The notes beneath the pieces were generated by a model. That model made no database searches, had not been told where the DNA came from, and worked only from the letters and a program-made list of their open reading frames with translations. Made by a program: the position numbers and the translations under genes. Positions 7,239 to 16,008 of a DNA stretch of 64,000 nucleotides are shown in pieces (positions within the stretch are counted from its first letter, which is position 1; every line of letters begins with the position of its first letter). Source of the DNA: Paludibacter propionicigenes (GTDB lineage Bacteria > Bacteroidota > Bacteroidia > Bacteroidales > JAIFNL01); contig DYNA01000002.1 of NCBI GenBank assembly GCA_020721325.1, positions 7,037 to 71,036 of the forward strand. Direction: 5' to 3'.

Positions 7239-8960
7239 ATGAGATTAAAAATAAATTTTACAATGATATTACTAATTGGATTTATCTCTTTAAATGCTCA
7301 AATTCAATTTGTTACTGATTATTTTCGTTCTCCGATAGATTATAAATTGGTACTTTCCGGCAATTTTGGTGAATTGCGCCCCAATCATTTTCATTCGGGT
7401 ATCGATTTTAAAACCGATAATAAAATTGGCAAGAAACTTTTTGCAATTGCAGATGGTTACATTTCGCGTATCAATGTGTCGCCTTTTGGCTATGGTTTAG
7501 CCGTTTACATCAATCACCCAAACGGTTACACCAGTGTTTATGGGCATTTGTCCACTTTCAACGATAAAATTGCTGAATTTATTAAAAATGAGCAATATAG
7601 CCAAAATAAATTTGCCATCACGCTCTATCCCCCACCCGATTTATTTCCGGTAAAAAAAGGTGATTTGATTGGCATTTCGGGCAATACGGGACATTCTTAC
7701 GGACCTCATTTGCATTTTGAAATTCGCCACACCGAAACCGAACACCCATTGAATACCTTACGCTTTGGTTTTGAGTATGTTGATAACACAAAACCGCGTT
7801 TTTTTCATCTTGTTGTGTATCCGCTAACACTTGAAAAACGATTTTTGCCTGAAGCGAAAAAAATAATTTTTCCGGTAAAATTGCAAGGCGATAAATACAT
7901 TTTGCAACAAAGCCAAATTATTAAAGTTGGAAAAAATACCGGATTTGGTGTGCGTGTTCACGATTTTATGAACGCTTCCCCCGACCGACTCGCTGTTTAT
8001 TCCTTAAAAATGTTTCTCGATAATGAACTGATTTATTGGCATCAAATTGATGAATTTGGGTTTGATGAAACTCGTTTTATCAATAGCCATACCGATTTTG
8101 AATTGAAAAACTCAACCAACAAGTGGACACACAAATGCTTTGTTGAACCCAACAATCAACTGCGTATTTACCAGCATTTAGAAAACAATGGTATTGTAGA
8201 ACTAACTGATTTTGAAATTCATAGCTTGAAGCTTGAAGCCACAGACGTAAAAGGAAATGTTTCTATTTTGGAATCGAAAATTCAACGTTCAGATGCCATA
8301 AAACCTTTTAAAACAGAGCTTTCGGATAGAATTGTGATGCCTTTCGACAAAGAAAATAAAATTGAACAAAATCAAATATCGGTTTATTTTCCAAAAAATT
8401 CTTTTTACGATACACTTTTCTTTAAATTTGAACAAAAACCGAAATTAAAAAATTCTTATGCTCCTGTTTTTGTGCTTCACAATAAAAATGTTCCGGTGCA
8501 TGAATATTTTTCGATTACAATAATACCCGAAAACTTACCTAATGAATTGCTAACGAAAGCGTTAATCGTTAAAGTAAACGGCAATGGATATTTTTCGGCT
8601 CTCGAAAGCCACGTAAACTCAGAAGGTAATTTGAGTGCAAAGTCCGGAGAATTTGGTAGTTACACAATTGCTGTTGATAATATTCCTCCTGCCATTGCCC
8701 CAATAAATATTTCGCAAAACAAAAACGTGAGTGGACAAGAAACTGTAGAATTTTCAGTAACCGACAATTTGTCAGGAATAGCTAAATACAATGCTTATAT
8801 TGATGAACAATGGGTTTTACTGGAATATAACTACATGAAAAAGAAGTTGATATACAAAATTGATGCGGATAGATTAAAAGGAAATAAGCACAAAATGCAA
8901 GTAAAAGTAAGCGATGCAGTTGGGAATGAAACAATTTATAGCATTGATTTTATTCGTTAA
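7239..8960 (+). CDS. M23 family metallopeptidase with a long C-terminal extension
   Basis: HFHSGIDF (HxxxD) and GPHLHFEI (HxH) motifs are present. The start was moved to the ATG at 7239, which yields the signal-like MRLKINFTMILLIGFISLNAQ. The 45 aa from 7104 are low-complexity AT-rich sequence. Confidence 0.85.
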   Translation: MRLKINFTMILLIGFISLNAQIQFVTDYFRSPIDYKLVLSGNFGELRPNHFHSGIDFKTDNKIGKKLFAIADGYISRINVSPFGYGLAVYINHPNGYTSVYGHLSTFNDKIAEFIKNEQYSQNKFAITLYPPPDLFPVKKGDLIGISGNTGHSYGPHLHFEIRHTETEHPLNTLRFGFEYVDNTKPRFFHLVVYPLTLEKRFLPEAKKIIFPVKLQGDKYILQQSQIIKVGKNTGFGVRVHDFMNASPDRLAVYSLKMFLDNELIYWHQIDEFGFDETRFINSHTDFELKNSTNKWTHKCFVEPNNQLRIYQHLENNGIVELTDFEIHSLKLEATDVKGNVSILESKIQRSDAIKPFKTELSDRIVMPFDKENKIEQNQISVYFPKNSFYDTLFFKFEQKPKLKNSYAPVFVLHNKNVPVHEYFSITIIPENLPNELLTKALIVKVNGNGYFSALESHVNSEGNLSAKSGEFGSYTIAVDNIPPAIAPINISQNKNVSGQETVEFSVTDNLSGIAKYNAYIDEQWVLLEYNYMKKKLIYKIDADRLKGNKHKMQVKVSDAVGNETIYSIDFIR

Positions 8961-8978
8961 AAAAAAATGTAAAACATT

Positions 8979-9028
8979 GAATTTAAACAATTTGAATACA
9001 GTTAAACTGTTTCAAACGGTTTAAATTC
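8979..9028. terminator. Hairpin between convergent M23 and groES genes
   Basis: gaatttaaac (8979-8988) pairs with gtttaaattc (9019-9028). An inner hairpin cagtt-a-aactg is also present. A-runs and T-runs lie nearby on both sides. Confidence 0.5.
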
Positions 9029-9048
9029 ATTGAAAAAAATCAAATAAT

Positions 9049-9339
9049 TTAGATACTTTCTGTTTCAATTATTTTAGCTAAAAGATTTGAATAAGGAATA
9101 AACAAATACTTTTTACCTTCAAAATCGATTTCATTTCCCGAAAATTTTGCAAAAAGTACGGTATCGCCTACTTTAATTTCTGCGTTTTCGATGTTTCCCA
9201 ATGCTACAACTTTTGCATAATTGGGTTTTTCAGAAGCCGTTCCGGGAATGTAAATTCCACCGGCTGTTTTTTGTTCTTTTTGTTCTTCCAATGCCAAAAG
9301 AACATTTTGATTTAATGGTTGTAATTCTTTCATTTTCAA
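9049..9339 (-). CDS. groES: Co-chaperonin GroES (no groEL adjacent)
   Basis: 96 aa. It has the GroES mobile loop (KTAGGIYIPGTASEKP) and a C-terminal beta core (GDTVLFAKFSGNEIDFEGKKYLFI). Confidence 0.85.
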   Translation of the reverse strand: MKMKELQPLNQNVLLALEEQKEQKTAGGIYIPGTASEKPNYAKVVALGNIENAEIKVGDTVLFAKFSGNEIDFEGKKYLFIPYSNLLAKIIETESI

Positions 9340-9401
9340 TTGTTTTATGATGTTTTTATTTTTTTATACTATAAAAAACTGGGATAATTTATTAAAATAT
9401 T

Positions 9402-9989
9402 TTATTCAATATCTAATAATTTATTAATTCTTTTTTTATCAAATCCCACTATCATTTCTCCATCAATTTCGGTTTGTGGAACACCTTGTTGTCCGCTTTT
9501 GCGCACCATTTCTTGAGCTGCGCGGTGGTCGCCCGAAACATCAACGTCTGAATAACGAATTTTTTTATCGTTCAAATAGTTTTTTAACGTTGTACACCAT
9601 GAGCAAGTTGGTGTGGAATAGACTGTTACCTGTTTTTGGCGTTTTCCTTCTTCTCCTTGAATTTCGCTGGTAAAAAACGCATTTTTAAACAGTGATGAGT
9701 AGTAAGATTCATCGTTACAGCCTTTTACAATGTTTTTAAATTCACCATTTTCAAAAACCAAAACCGATGGCGCACTGGTTACGTTGTAATTGGGGTGAAT
9801 ATCGCGAACGGTTGCCACGTCTGCAAGTAAAATGAGCGTATCTTCTTCTTTTTCAACTGCTTCCGTGATGCTTTTCAAGGCACATTCACTTACTTCCGAG
9901 CCGCTTTTGTACAATAATAAGAATGCTTTTGCATTGTCTTTTAGCACTTCTCTTAATTCTGCATGCGAGTTTAATTGCTTGATTGCCAT
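9402..9989 (-). CDS. Thioredoxin-fold domain (no CxxC) fused to a glutaredoxin-like (YruB/NrdH-type) domain
   Basis: The C-terminal part VTVYSTPTCSWCTTLKNYL...GVPQTEIDGEMIVGFD is a glutaredoxin-like CxxC fold. The N-terminal ~110 aa look thioredoxin-like but lack the redox cysteine pair. Confidence 0.7.
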   Translation of the reverse strand: MAIKQLNSHAELREVLKDNAKAFLLLYKSGSEVSECALKSITEAVEKEEDTLILLADVATVRDIHPNYNVTSAPSVLVFENGEFKNIVKGCNDESYYSSLFKNAFFTSEIQGEEGKRQKQVTVYSTPTCSWCTTLKNYLNDKKIRYSDVDVSGDHRAAQEMVRKSGQQGVPQTEIDGEMIVGFDKKRINKLLDIE

Positions 9990-10338
9990 TGTTTTATGCT
10001 ATTTTGTTAATTTTCTATATTCCTTTTTTTACTCTTTTGATTTACAATAATTTTACCAAACTTATTTTTTTTACTTTTTTATAAAAAAAACTGACAAAAT
10101 TGCAGGTTCTTTTCGTTTTTTTATAAAAAAAGTTTTATTTTGAAAAAAAATAAATTAAATCCATATTCATTCACAAATCCATTCGTAAAAAAATTGATTT
10201 GTAAATCGAAAACCAGTATTTTAGCAGAAAACTTTTAAAAATTAAGCACCAATTGTATTCGTGGTGTTATCTGTGTTCGTTGTGGATTTTTTTTTAAGTA
10301 CCTCTTAATTTATTTACTAAAACTTGTAAAAAAAAAAT

Positions 10339-11055
10339 TTAAGGTATAAAAAAATTAGAAATATAACTTTGAAATTTATCTTTGTATTGTTCGCCAATGG
10401 GAATGTGTTTGTTGGTAGAAATTAAAACCGATTGCTTTTCGATGCTCACAATTTTGTTCAAATTTATGATGTACGAACGGTGAATGCGCATGAAATCTTT
10501 AATCGGCAAAATACTTTCCAGCGATTTAAAAGTCATAAGCGACATAATTTTTTGTTGCCCCATGTGTATTCGCACATATTCGCGCATTCCCTCGATGTAA
10601 AAAATTTCTTCAAACCTTATTTTCAGCAACTTATGTTCTGTTTTCACAAATAAAAAATCTAATGGCGTATTTTGAGTTTGCAATTCAATTTTTTGAATAG
10701 AATTGTGCCAAATTAGAGCTTTGTTGGCAGCTTTTAAAAAATCGTTGTAGGCAATGGGCTTCAATAAATAATCAATGGCGTTGAGCAAAAATCCATCGAT
10801 TGCATATTGACTATAAGCCGTTGTAAAAATAACAAAAGGCTTGTTTACCAACGACTTAACAAAATCGACACCTTGCAAATCGGGCATATTGATATCTACA
10901 AACATCAAATCTATTGTACTAATATTCAATACGTTTAAAGCCTCTAAAGCACTTTCGCAGGCAGCTACTAAATTCAAAAAAGGTGTTTTTTGAATGTAAT
11001 TCACCATCTGTTTCAAAGCCAAAGGTTCATCGTCTATCGTTATGCAATTTATCAC
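10339..11055 (-). CDS. LytTR-family response regulator
   Basis: Receiver domain (ITIDDEPLA...LMFVDINMPDLQG) plus a C-terminal LytTR DNA-binding domain (IFYIEGMREYVRIH...RIHRSYIINL). Confidence 0.9.
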   Translation of the reverse strand: MINCITIDDEPLALKQMVNYIQKTPFLNLVAACESALEALNVLNISTIDLMFVDINMPDLQGVDFVKSLVNKPFVIFTTAYSQYAIDGFLLNAIDYLLKPIAYNDFLKAANKALIWHNSIQKIELQTQNTPLDFLFVKTEHKLLKIRFEEIFYIEGMREYVRIHMGQQKIMSLMTFKSLESILPIKDFMRIHRSYIINLNKIVSIEKQSVLISTNKHIPIGEQYKDKFQSYISNFFIP

Positions 11056-11153
11056 GGTTTTATTCTTTTTTTTACGGAATTAATTTTTAAAATTATCAAC
11101 AAATTGGGGCTTGAAATATATTTTTTTTTAACAAACAAAAATACAATTTTTTT

Positions 11154-12257
11154 CTATAGAATAAAAATTAATTTTAATTTAAACTTTGCATCATCGCTCG
11201 AAATATCTAATTTATAATTTTTTCCGAAAATTAAATTCAATCTTTTTTTCGTATTTTCAATTCCAATTCCGGCGTGTTGCTGTTTGTTGTTTTTTTCTAT
11301 TATGCTGTTTTCTATGTAAAATTCAAATTCTTTTTCGCTTATTTTCAATTCAATATGTATAAACGAAATTTGTTTGTAGCTAATTCCGTGCTTAAAAGCA
11401 TTTTCAACAAATGAAATTAATAATAAAGGAGGTATTTTTTTATTCGGAATTTCGCCTTCTATGGCGAAAGAAATTTTAACTTTTTCGGAAAATCTCAATT
11501 TCATTAAATTTACAAAACTCTCAAGAAATTCAATTTCTTTGGGAATGGGAACAGTAACTTCATTGGATTCGTATAACAAGTAACGCATTAATTTTGAAAG
11601 AGTTACAATTACTTGTTTTGCTTCTTCGGTGTTTATGTCTATCAAAGAATGAATGTTGTTGAGCGTGTTCATAAAAAAATGCGGACTTATTTGGTATTTT
11701 AAAAAAGCCAATTGATTGTTGATGCTCTCTTTTTCCAAAAAAGCTTTTTCGTTTTCAAAATCAGACCATTTGATTATCATTCGCAAACCCAAATCGAAAC
11801 CAATGATTAACAGACCAATAGCTGCATTTATGAATATTAGAAAATAAAAATTAGGGTGCGGCGGTTTTTTATCGGGTTTATGAAATTGGGGCTTGTGAAG
11901 GTGTGAACTATCTATATTTGAATGAGTTATAGGTTTTCTATCGAAATGGTCTTCTTTTTTATCGAATTTTTTTTCATAAATATAATGTCCAAATCCTATT
12001 ATGCTTAGCGCAAAAATATTGATTAAAATAAATGAAAAGATTTTCTTTTTAAATAAAAAAAATGGAATAAAAAAGTAATGGTGTATTAAAAATAAAATAA
12101 AAAACGGAATTAATATTCTATACGTTCGATAAATTTCTTGCCAATTTAATGTGTTTTCTTTGTAAAAAATAATTATTGGTACAATTAAAATGACCAACCA
12201 AATAAAAAATACTATCAAATTTTCAATTTTAACCGATGTTTTTTTTATTTTTTGCAT
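11154..12257 (-). CDS. LytS/YehU-type sensor histidine kinase
   Basis: Multi-TM N-terminus, His_kinase motif LKYQISPHFFMNTLNNI, and a GHKL ATPase region (NAFKHG...GIGIENTKKRL). Confidence 0.85.
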   Translation of the reverse strand: MQKIKKTSVKIENLIVFFIWLVILIVPIIIFYKENTLNWQEIYRTYRILIPFFILFLIHHYFFIPFFLFKKKIFSFILINIFALSIIGFGHYIYEKKFDKKEDHFDRKPITHSNIDSSHLHKPQFHKPDKKPPHPNFYFLIFINAAIGLLIIGFDLGLRMIIKWSDFENEKAFLEKESINNQLAFLKYQISPHFFMNTLNNIHSLIDINTEEAKQVIVTLSKLMRYLLYESNEVTVPIPKEIEFLESFVNLMKLRFSEKVKISFAIEGEIPNKKIPPLLLISFVENAFKHGISYKQISFIHIELKISEKEFEFYIENSIIEKNNKQQHAGIGIENTKKRLNLIFGKNYKLDISSDDAKFKLKLIFIL

Positions 12258-12335
12258 TTTTTATTTTTTATATTTTTTTGAAAAAAAATTGAAAAAAACG
12301 ATACAAAAGTATATTTTTTTTGAAAAAAAAATTGT

Positions 12336-12370
12336 AAAAAGGCAAACCCCAAAAAAAAGCGAGGTTTGCC
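12336..12370 (-). terminator. Terminator after the beta-helix protein gene
   Basis: 8-bp GC-rich stem ggcaaacc / ggtttgcc (12341-12348 / 12363-12370). A T-run follows on the minus strand. Confidence 0.65.
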
Positions 12371-12402
12371 AACTTAGAAAAAAAACGAGACTAAAAGGTA
12401 TT

Positions 12403-14607
12403 TTAAAAACTCAATGTGGTTACTTTACTGCTGAGAGTAAATGTTTTTTTGAGCGTTCCGGCAGTGTAAACTCCACCCGAATATAAGCCGTTATTGAGCG
12501 TTCCGGTTGAAGAACCGCCTACATAAATGCTGTAAGTAACACCGGATTTTAGAGCCGATGAAGTGAAATGATACGAATATGATGCGCGCAAGGCTTTAAA
12601 TGTTACAATATCGTTGCCCGAAGCATCTTGAATGTGAAAAATGGTTCCGGCTGAAATTTGCGAACTTGATTTTAAAAACATGGAATATTGAGTTGTTGCG
12701 CTCGACATGGGCTTGTTCATGTTTGAGCTTGTGCCGCTCGAAATCAAAAATCCGCCGCTTACAACAAAATTTCCATTGAAATCAAAATCTTCTTCCATAC
12801 CAGAGGTGGGACCGTGTCCGAGCATGGTGCCGCCGTTGATGTAAATGTTTCCGTTGCTATCGATGGCATCGCCCGAAGGTGAACTGAACACGATGAAGCC
12901 GCCGTTTACGGTTAAACTGCTTCCGTCATTGGACTCCGTGCCGCCGGCAACTGTTCCGGCTGTTGCATTGAGTCCATCGTTTGTGGCATTCACTTTTGCA
13001 GTGCCGTTGTTAAAGATAATGTACTTACTTTCAATGCCTTCTACTGCGGTTTGTACATCAATCGAACCACCATTTTGAATGATGGAAGCGGGCGAATAAA
13101 TTCCGTCGTCGGAGGAATTTATTACAAGAATGCCGTTGTCGATGGTCAAAATTCCGGTGCTTTTCATGGCTTTGGGGTGTGCGTAGTCAGAACCCGAAAC
13201 TAAGAATTTTGCGCCGGTTGTGGTTATTGTCAATTGCGGATTGTTAGCAGAATCGCCTACTTTGAGCGTTCCTTCTACTGAAATTCCTTTTCCGGCAGAA
13301 CCGGAGCTTTTTAAAACGATTGTTCCGGCAAAAATGGTGGCATTGCCATCGGTGGTAATGCAAGTGGCTGAATACGAATCGGTTACTCCTGAAGAATTTT
13401 TATAAGTCGCGCCATTTCCCGAAGTTGTTATATTCAAATTGCCGCTCTTCATTGTAAAATCTAAGTCGCTTGAAAATCCCTTACCGCCTGTTCCTGAGCT
13501 TGTTATGGTTATGTCTGCACCGGCTACGGTTATGGAACTGTCGCTTTTAAAAGCTGTGCAATATGAAGGGTCAAAACCCGAACCAGATGTTGCAAGTACC
13601 ACATTTCCAGAAGTTTTGACAGTAAAAACGCCACCATTCAAAAACATACTGCCATCGGATTTGAAAGCTTTTGATTGATTTCCGGTAACGGTTACATTAA
13701 AAACGCCTCCCGAAATGAGCAGGGTGCTGTCGCAAGAAATGGCTTTCGCATCAATTGCGGAAGAATTTATTGTTAAGTTGCCGCTCAAAATAGTAACTCT
13801 GCCTTCGCTGTCGATTCCGTCTCCGGCGGAAGTTAAAGTTAAATTTCCATTTTCCATAGTGAAATAATCTTTGGCGTGAATGGCATCGGTTGCAGCTTTT
13901 GAAACCGTAATGTTGCCCGATTCGATTTTTATGTAGTCGTCGCTACAAAGTGCATGTTTATAAAAGCCTGATAATGTTAAACTTCCCTGTCCGGTGAAAA
14001 TCAATTGTCCCTCGCTAAAAAATGTCCCTTTTTGGTCTTCTTCGCTTTCTTCGTCGTAAGAAGTGCCATCGGATAATGTGTTTTGAGTGTTATCTACCAG
14101 ATACACAGTGGATTTTGTAGAAGATTGAATATTGATAGCCGGTCCGTATTCGTTGGTAATGTTCACACCGTTGAGCAAAAGATTGAAACGCTTTTCGCTG
14201 TAAATTTTAAAATATCCGTTTGAAGTAGAACCGCTCAATTTGTAGTCAATATCTCTAATTTCATTGTTCGAAATTACAGTAATTTTTGCACCCGTTCTAT
14301 AAATCTCAACACCTTGAAAAGCAAAGGGATTGATAATAGTAACTTGGTCTTGATTGTAAATAATTTCTACGGTATTTGAATTTTCGCCAAACGAAATGCT
14401 ATCAATTTGAGTTACATAAAATTCTTTGGTAATTTCACCTACTTTGAAATGAATTTTTTGTCCCTGCTGCGTAAAATAGGCACTGTCGGTATCGGCAACG
14501 TTTGCGCCAAGCGTGATTTTATCCGTTTTGTGTATCAACATTTTTTCTTGAGAAAAAAGCAACGAACCAAACAAAAAAATAGAAACGGTTAAAATAATTT
14601 TTTTCAT
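12403..14607 (-). CDS. Secreted parallel beta-helix repeat protein (Cthe_2159-like carbohydrate-binding family)
   Basis: 734 aa with a signal peptide. Dozens of Gly/Ser/Thr/Asn-rich ~22-aa turns are present (GNLTLTSAGDGIDSEG, GNLTINSSAIDAKAIS ...). No recognisable T9SS C-terminal domain. Confidence 0.65.
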   Translation of the reverse strand: MKKIILTVSIFLFGSLLFSQEKMLIHKTDKITLGANVADTDSAYFTQQGQKIHFKVGEITKEFYVTQIDSISFGENSNTVEIIYNQDQVTIINPFAFQGVEIYRTGAKITVISNNEIRDIDYKLSGSTSNGYFKIYSEKRFNLLLNGVNITNEYGPAINIQSSTKSTVYLVDNTQNTLSDGTSYDEESEEDQKGTFFSEGQLIFTGQGSLTLSGFYKHALCSDDYIKIESGNITVSKAATDAIHAKDYFTMENGNLTLTSAGDGIDSEGRVTILSGNLTINSSAIDAKAISCDSTLLISGGVFNVTVTGNQSKAFKSDGSMFLNGGVFTVKTSGNVVLATSGSGFDPSYCTAFKSDSSITVAGADITITSSGTGGKGFSSDLDFTMKSGNLNITTSGNGATYKNSSGVTDSYSATCITTDGNATIFAGTIVLKSSGSAGKGISVEGTLKVGDSANNPQLTITTTGAKFLVSGSDYAHPKAMKSTGILTIDNGILVINSSDDGIYSPASIIQNGGSIDVQTAVEGIESKYIIFNNGTAKVNATNDGLNATAGTVAGGTESNDGSSLTVNGGFIVFSSPSGDAIDSNGNIYINGGTMLGHGPTSGMEEDFDFNGNFVVSGGFLISSGTSSNMNKPMSSATTQYSMFLKSSSQISAGTIFHIQDASGNDIVTFKALRASYSYHFTSSALKSGVTYSIYVGGSSTGTLNNGLYSGGVYTAGTLKKTFTLSSKVTTLSF

Positions 14608-15080
14608 TGTTTTATAAATTTAAAAATTTGATTGTTCGTTTTTAAAATATAAAATCCTTTGCTCAAGGAAGTAACATCAACCGAAGCTCCGACTTCTAAA
14701 TCATTGATTTGCATTACTTTACTTCCATCAATTCGATAAATGGAAAGCATTAAATTTGGGGTTGCGTTTCCAAAATAAAGAAAATCGGTTGTTGGATTTG
14801 GGTATAAAAAAATAGCCTTAGAGCTTGATTCTGAGTTCTCTATGGCAGTGGCAACTCCCTCAAAATAAATTTTTTTAACATCGGAAAGGTTTACACTTTC
14901 GTAACCAAAACCTACCTTTCGGTGAAGTAAATTGGCATCAGAAAAAATAAAATTTTGAATTTCTGTAAGCAAAATCTTTGTTTGCATATTGCTTTTTGTC
15001 TGAATAACAAAGCTTTGCGCAAAGCCGGATACAAAACTGAAGACTACAAAAAATATTGAAAAAACAATTTTAATATTCAT
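14604..15080 (-). CDS. Small T9SS C-terminal-domain protein
   Basis: 158 aa with a signal peptide. Type-A Por sorting tail LYPNPTTDFLYF...LSIYRIDGSKV...LSKGFYILK. Its TGA overlaps the ATG of the downstream gene (ATGA at 14604-14607). Confidence 0.75.
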   Translation of the reverse strand: MNIKIVFSIFFVVFSFVSGFAQSFVIQTKSNMQTKILLTEIQNFIFSDANLLHRKVGFGYESVNLSDVKKIYFEGVATAIENSESSSKAIFLYPNPTTDFLYFGNATPNLMLSIYRIDGSKVMQINDLEVGASVDVTSLSKGFYILKTNNQIFKFIKQ

Positions 15081-15345
15081 ATTTTTTTGTTTTTAAGATT
15101 TTTATTATCGAAAAAAAAACATCAAAAGTCTAAATTATTTCCAACTGAAATAAAAAATATCAAAAAAACATTTTTTTAAACTTTTAATCTTTTATACAAA
15201 AAAAAGAAAAAAAACAATTCCCGATTTTTTTAATCCACAAACTCACTTTTTTTATCTATAAAATTTAATTTTACATCTACCAACTTCTTTTTAGAACTTT
15301 TATGCTTAATTTTTTGTTTTTGTAGGAAATATTACTTTTTTTTTC

Positions 15346-15353
15346 TATATTTG
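15346..15353 (+). promoter_or_regulatory. Bacteroidota-type -7 box TAtaTTTG
   Basis: Exact TAnnTTTG match. TTTG motifs lie 23-30 nt upstream. The box is 115 nt upstream of the ATG at 15469. Confidence 0.45.
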
Positions 15354-15468
15354 CACAACGACTAAAAGTGTATTTTTGATTTTTTTATAACTTTTAAAAT
15401 TTCAAAAAAAGAAATAGAATTTATAAAAAAGGTTTAAATTAAGTTTAAAAACTCAAATTTTTCTAAAC

Positions 15469-16008
15469 ATGGAAACTTACAATCAAACAGAAATGAATGA
15501 ACTGAAATGGAAAGTGAAAAAATTGCAAAAAATTGTAATTTTTTTAAGTTCGATAATAATTTTATTAATATCATTATCAACTTCTTACATTTACAACACC
15601 GTAATTCAAGCCAATCGAATAGAAATAATAGATGAAAGTGGAAATATAGTGCAAGTGCTTGATAAAAACGGACTTAAAGCGAGCAATACGCACCAAAACC
15701 AATGGCATCAAAACAACAATTTTTATAATACCAACATGGTTCGTTTTGTTTACAAAAAAGTTGGTTCTTCGAGTGGTTTTGTCCAAATCAGTACGCTTTC
15801 GGGAGAATATATTGAAAGCCAAAATTATTACTCCCATTTCGACGAAAAAATAGTTATCAACAATACTTTTGAATATTATTTTGAAAAAAATAGTCAAAAA
15901 GTCTTATTCAACAATGCGTTGGAAATAGGAAGAGCCGAAAATATTGACAAAGCCATCGATTTATGCCTTTTTCACTATGTAAATCAAATTTATCAAGGGA
16001 AAAATTAA
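15469..16008 (+). CDS. Hypothetical membrane-anchored protein
   Basis: 179 aa with one N-terminal TM helix (IVIFLSSIIILLISL). No recognisable motif. A TAnnTTTG box lies upstream. Confidence 0.5.
   Translation: METYNQTEMNELKWKVKKLQKIVIFLSSIIILLISLSTSYIYNTVIQANRIEIIDESGNIVQVLDKNGLKASNTHQNQWHQNNNFYNTNMVRFVYKKVGSSSGFVQISTLSGEYIESQNYYSHFDEKIVINNTFEYYFEKNSQKVLFNNALEIGRAENIDKAIDLCLFHYVNQIYQGKN

Noticed and set aside
10240-10300. GC-containing patch (gcaccaattgtattcgtggtg...gtggattttttttt) as a tRNA or small RNA
   Set aside because: There is only one 5-bp hairpin (cacca/tggtg). No cloverleaf and no T-loop or anticodon-arm pattern is present. At most it is a weak terminator for the LytTR operon.
12845-13678. 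Plus-strand ORFs (12845..13078, 13220..13405, 13439..13678, and 14407..14592) inside the beta-helix gene
   Set aside because: They are antisense shadows of a long repeat-rich CDS with no independent signals.
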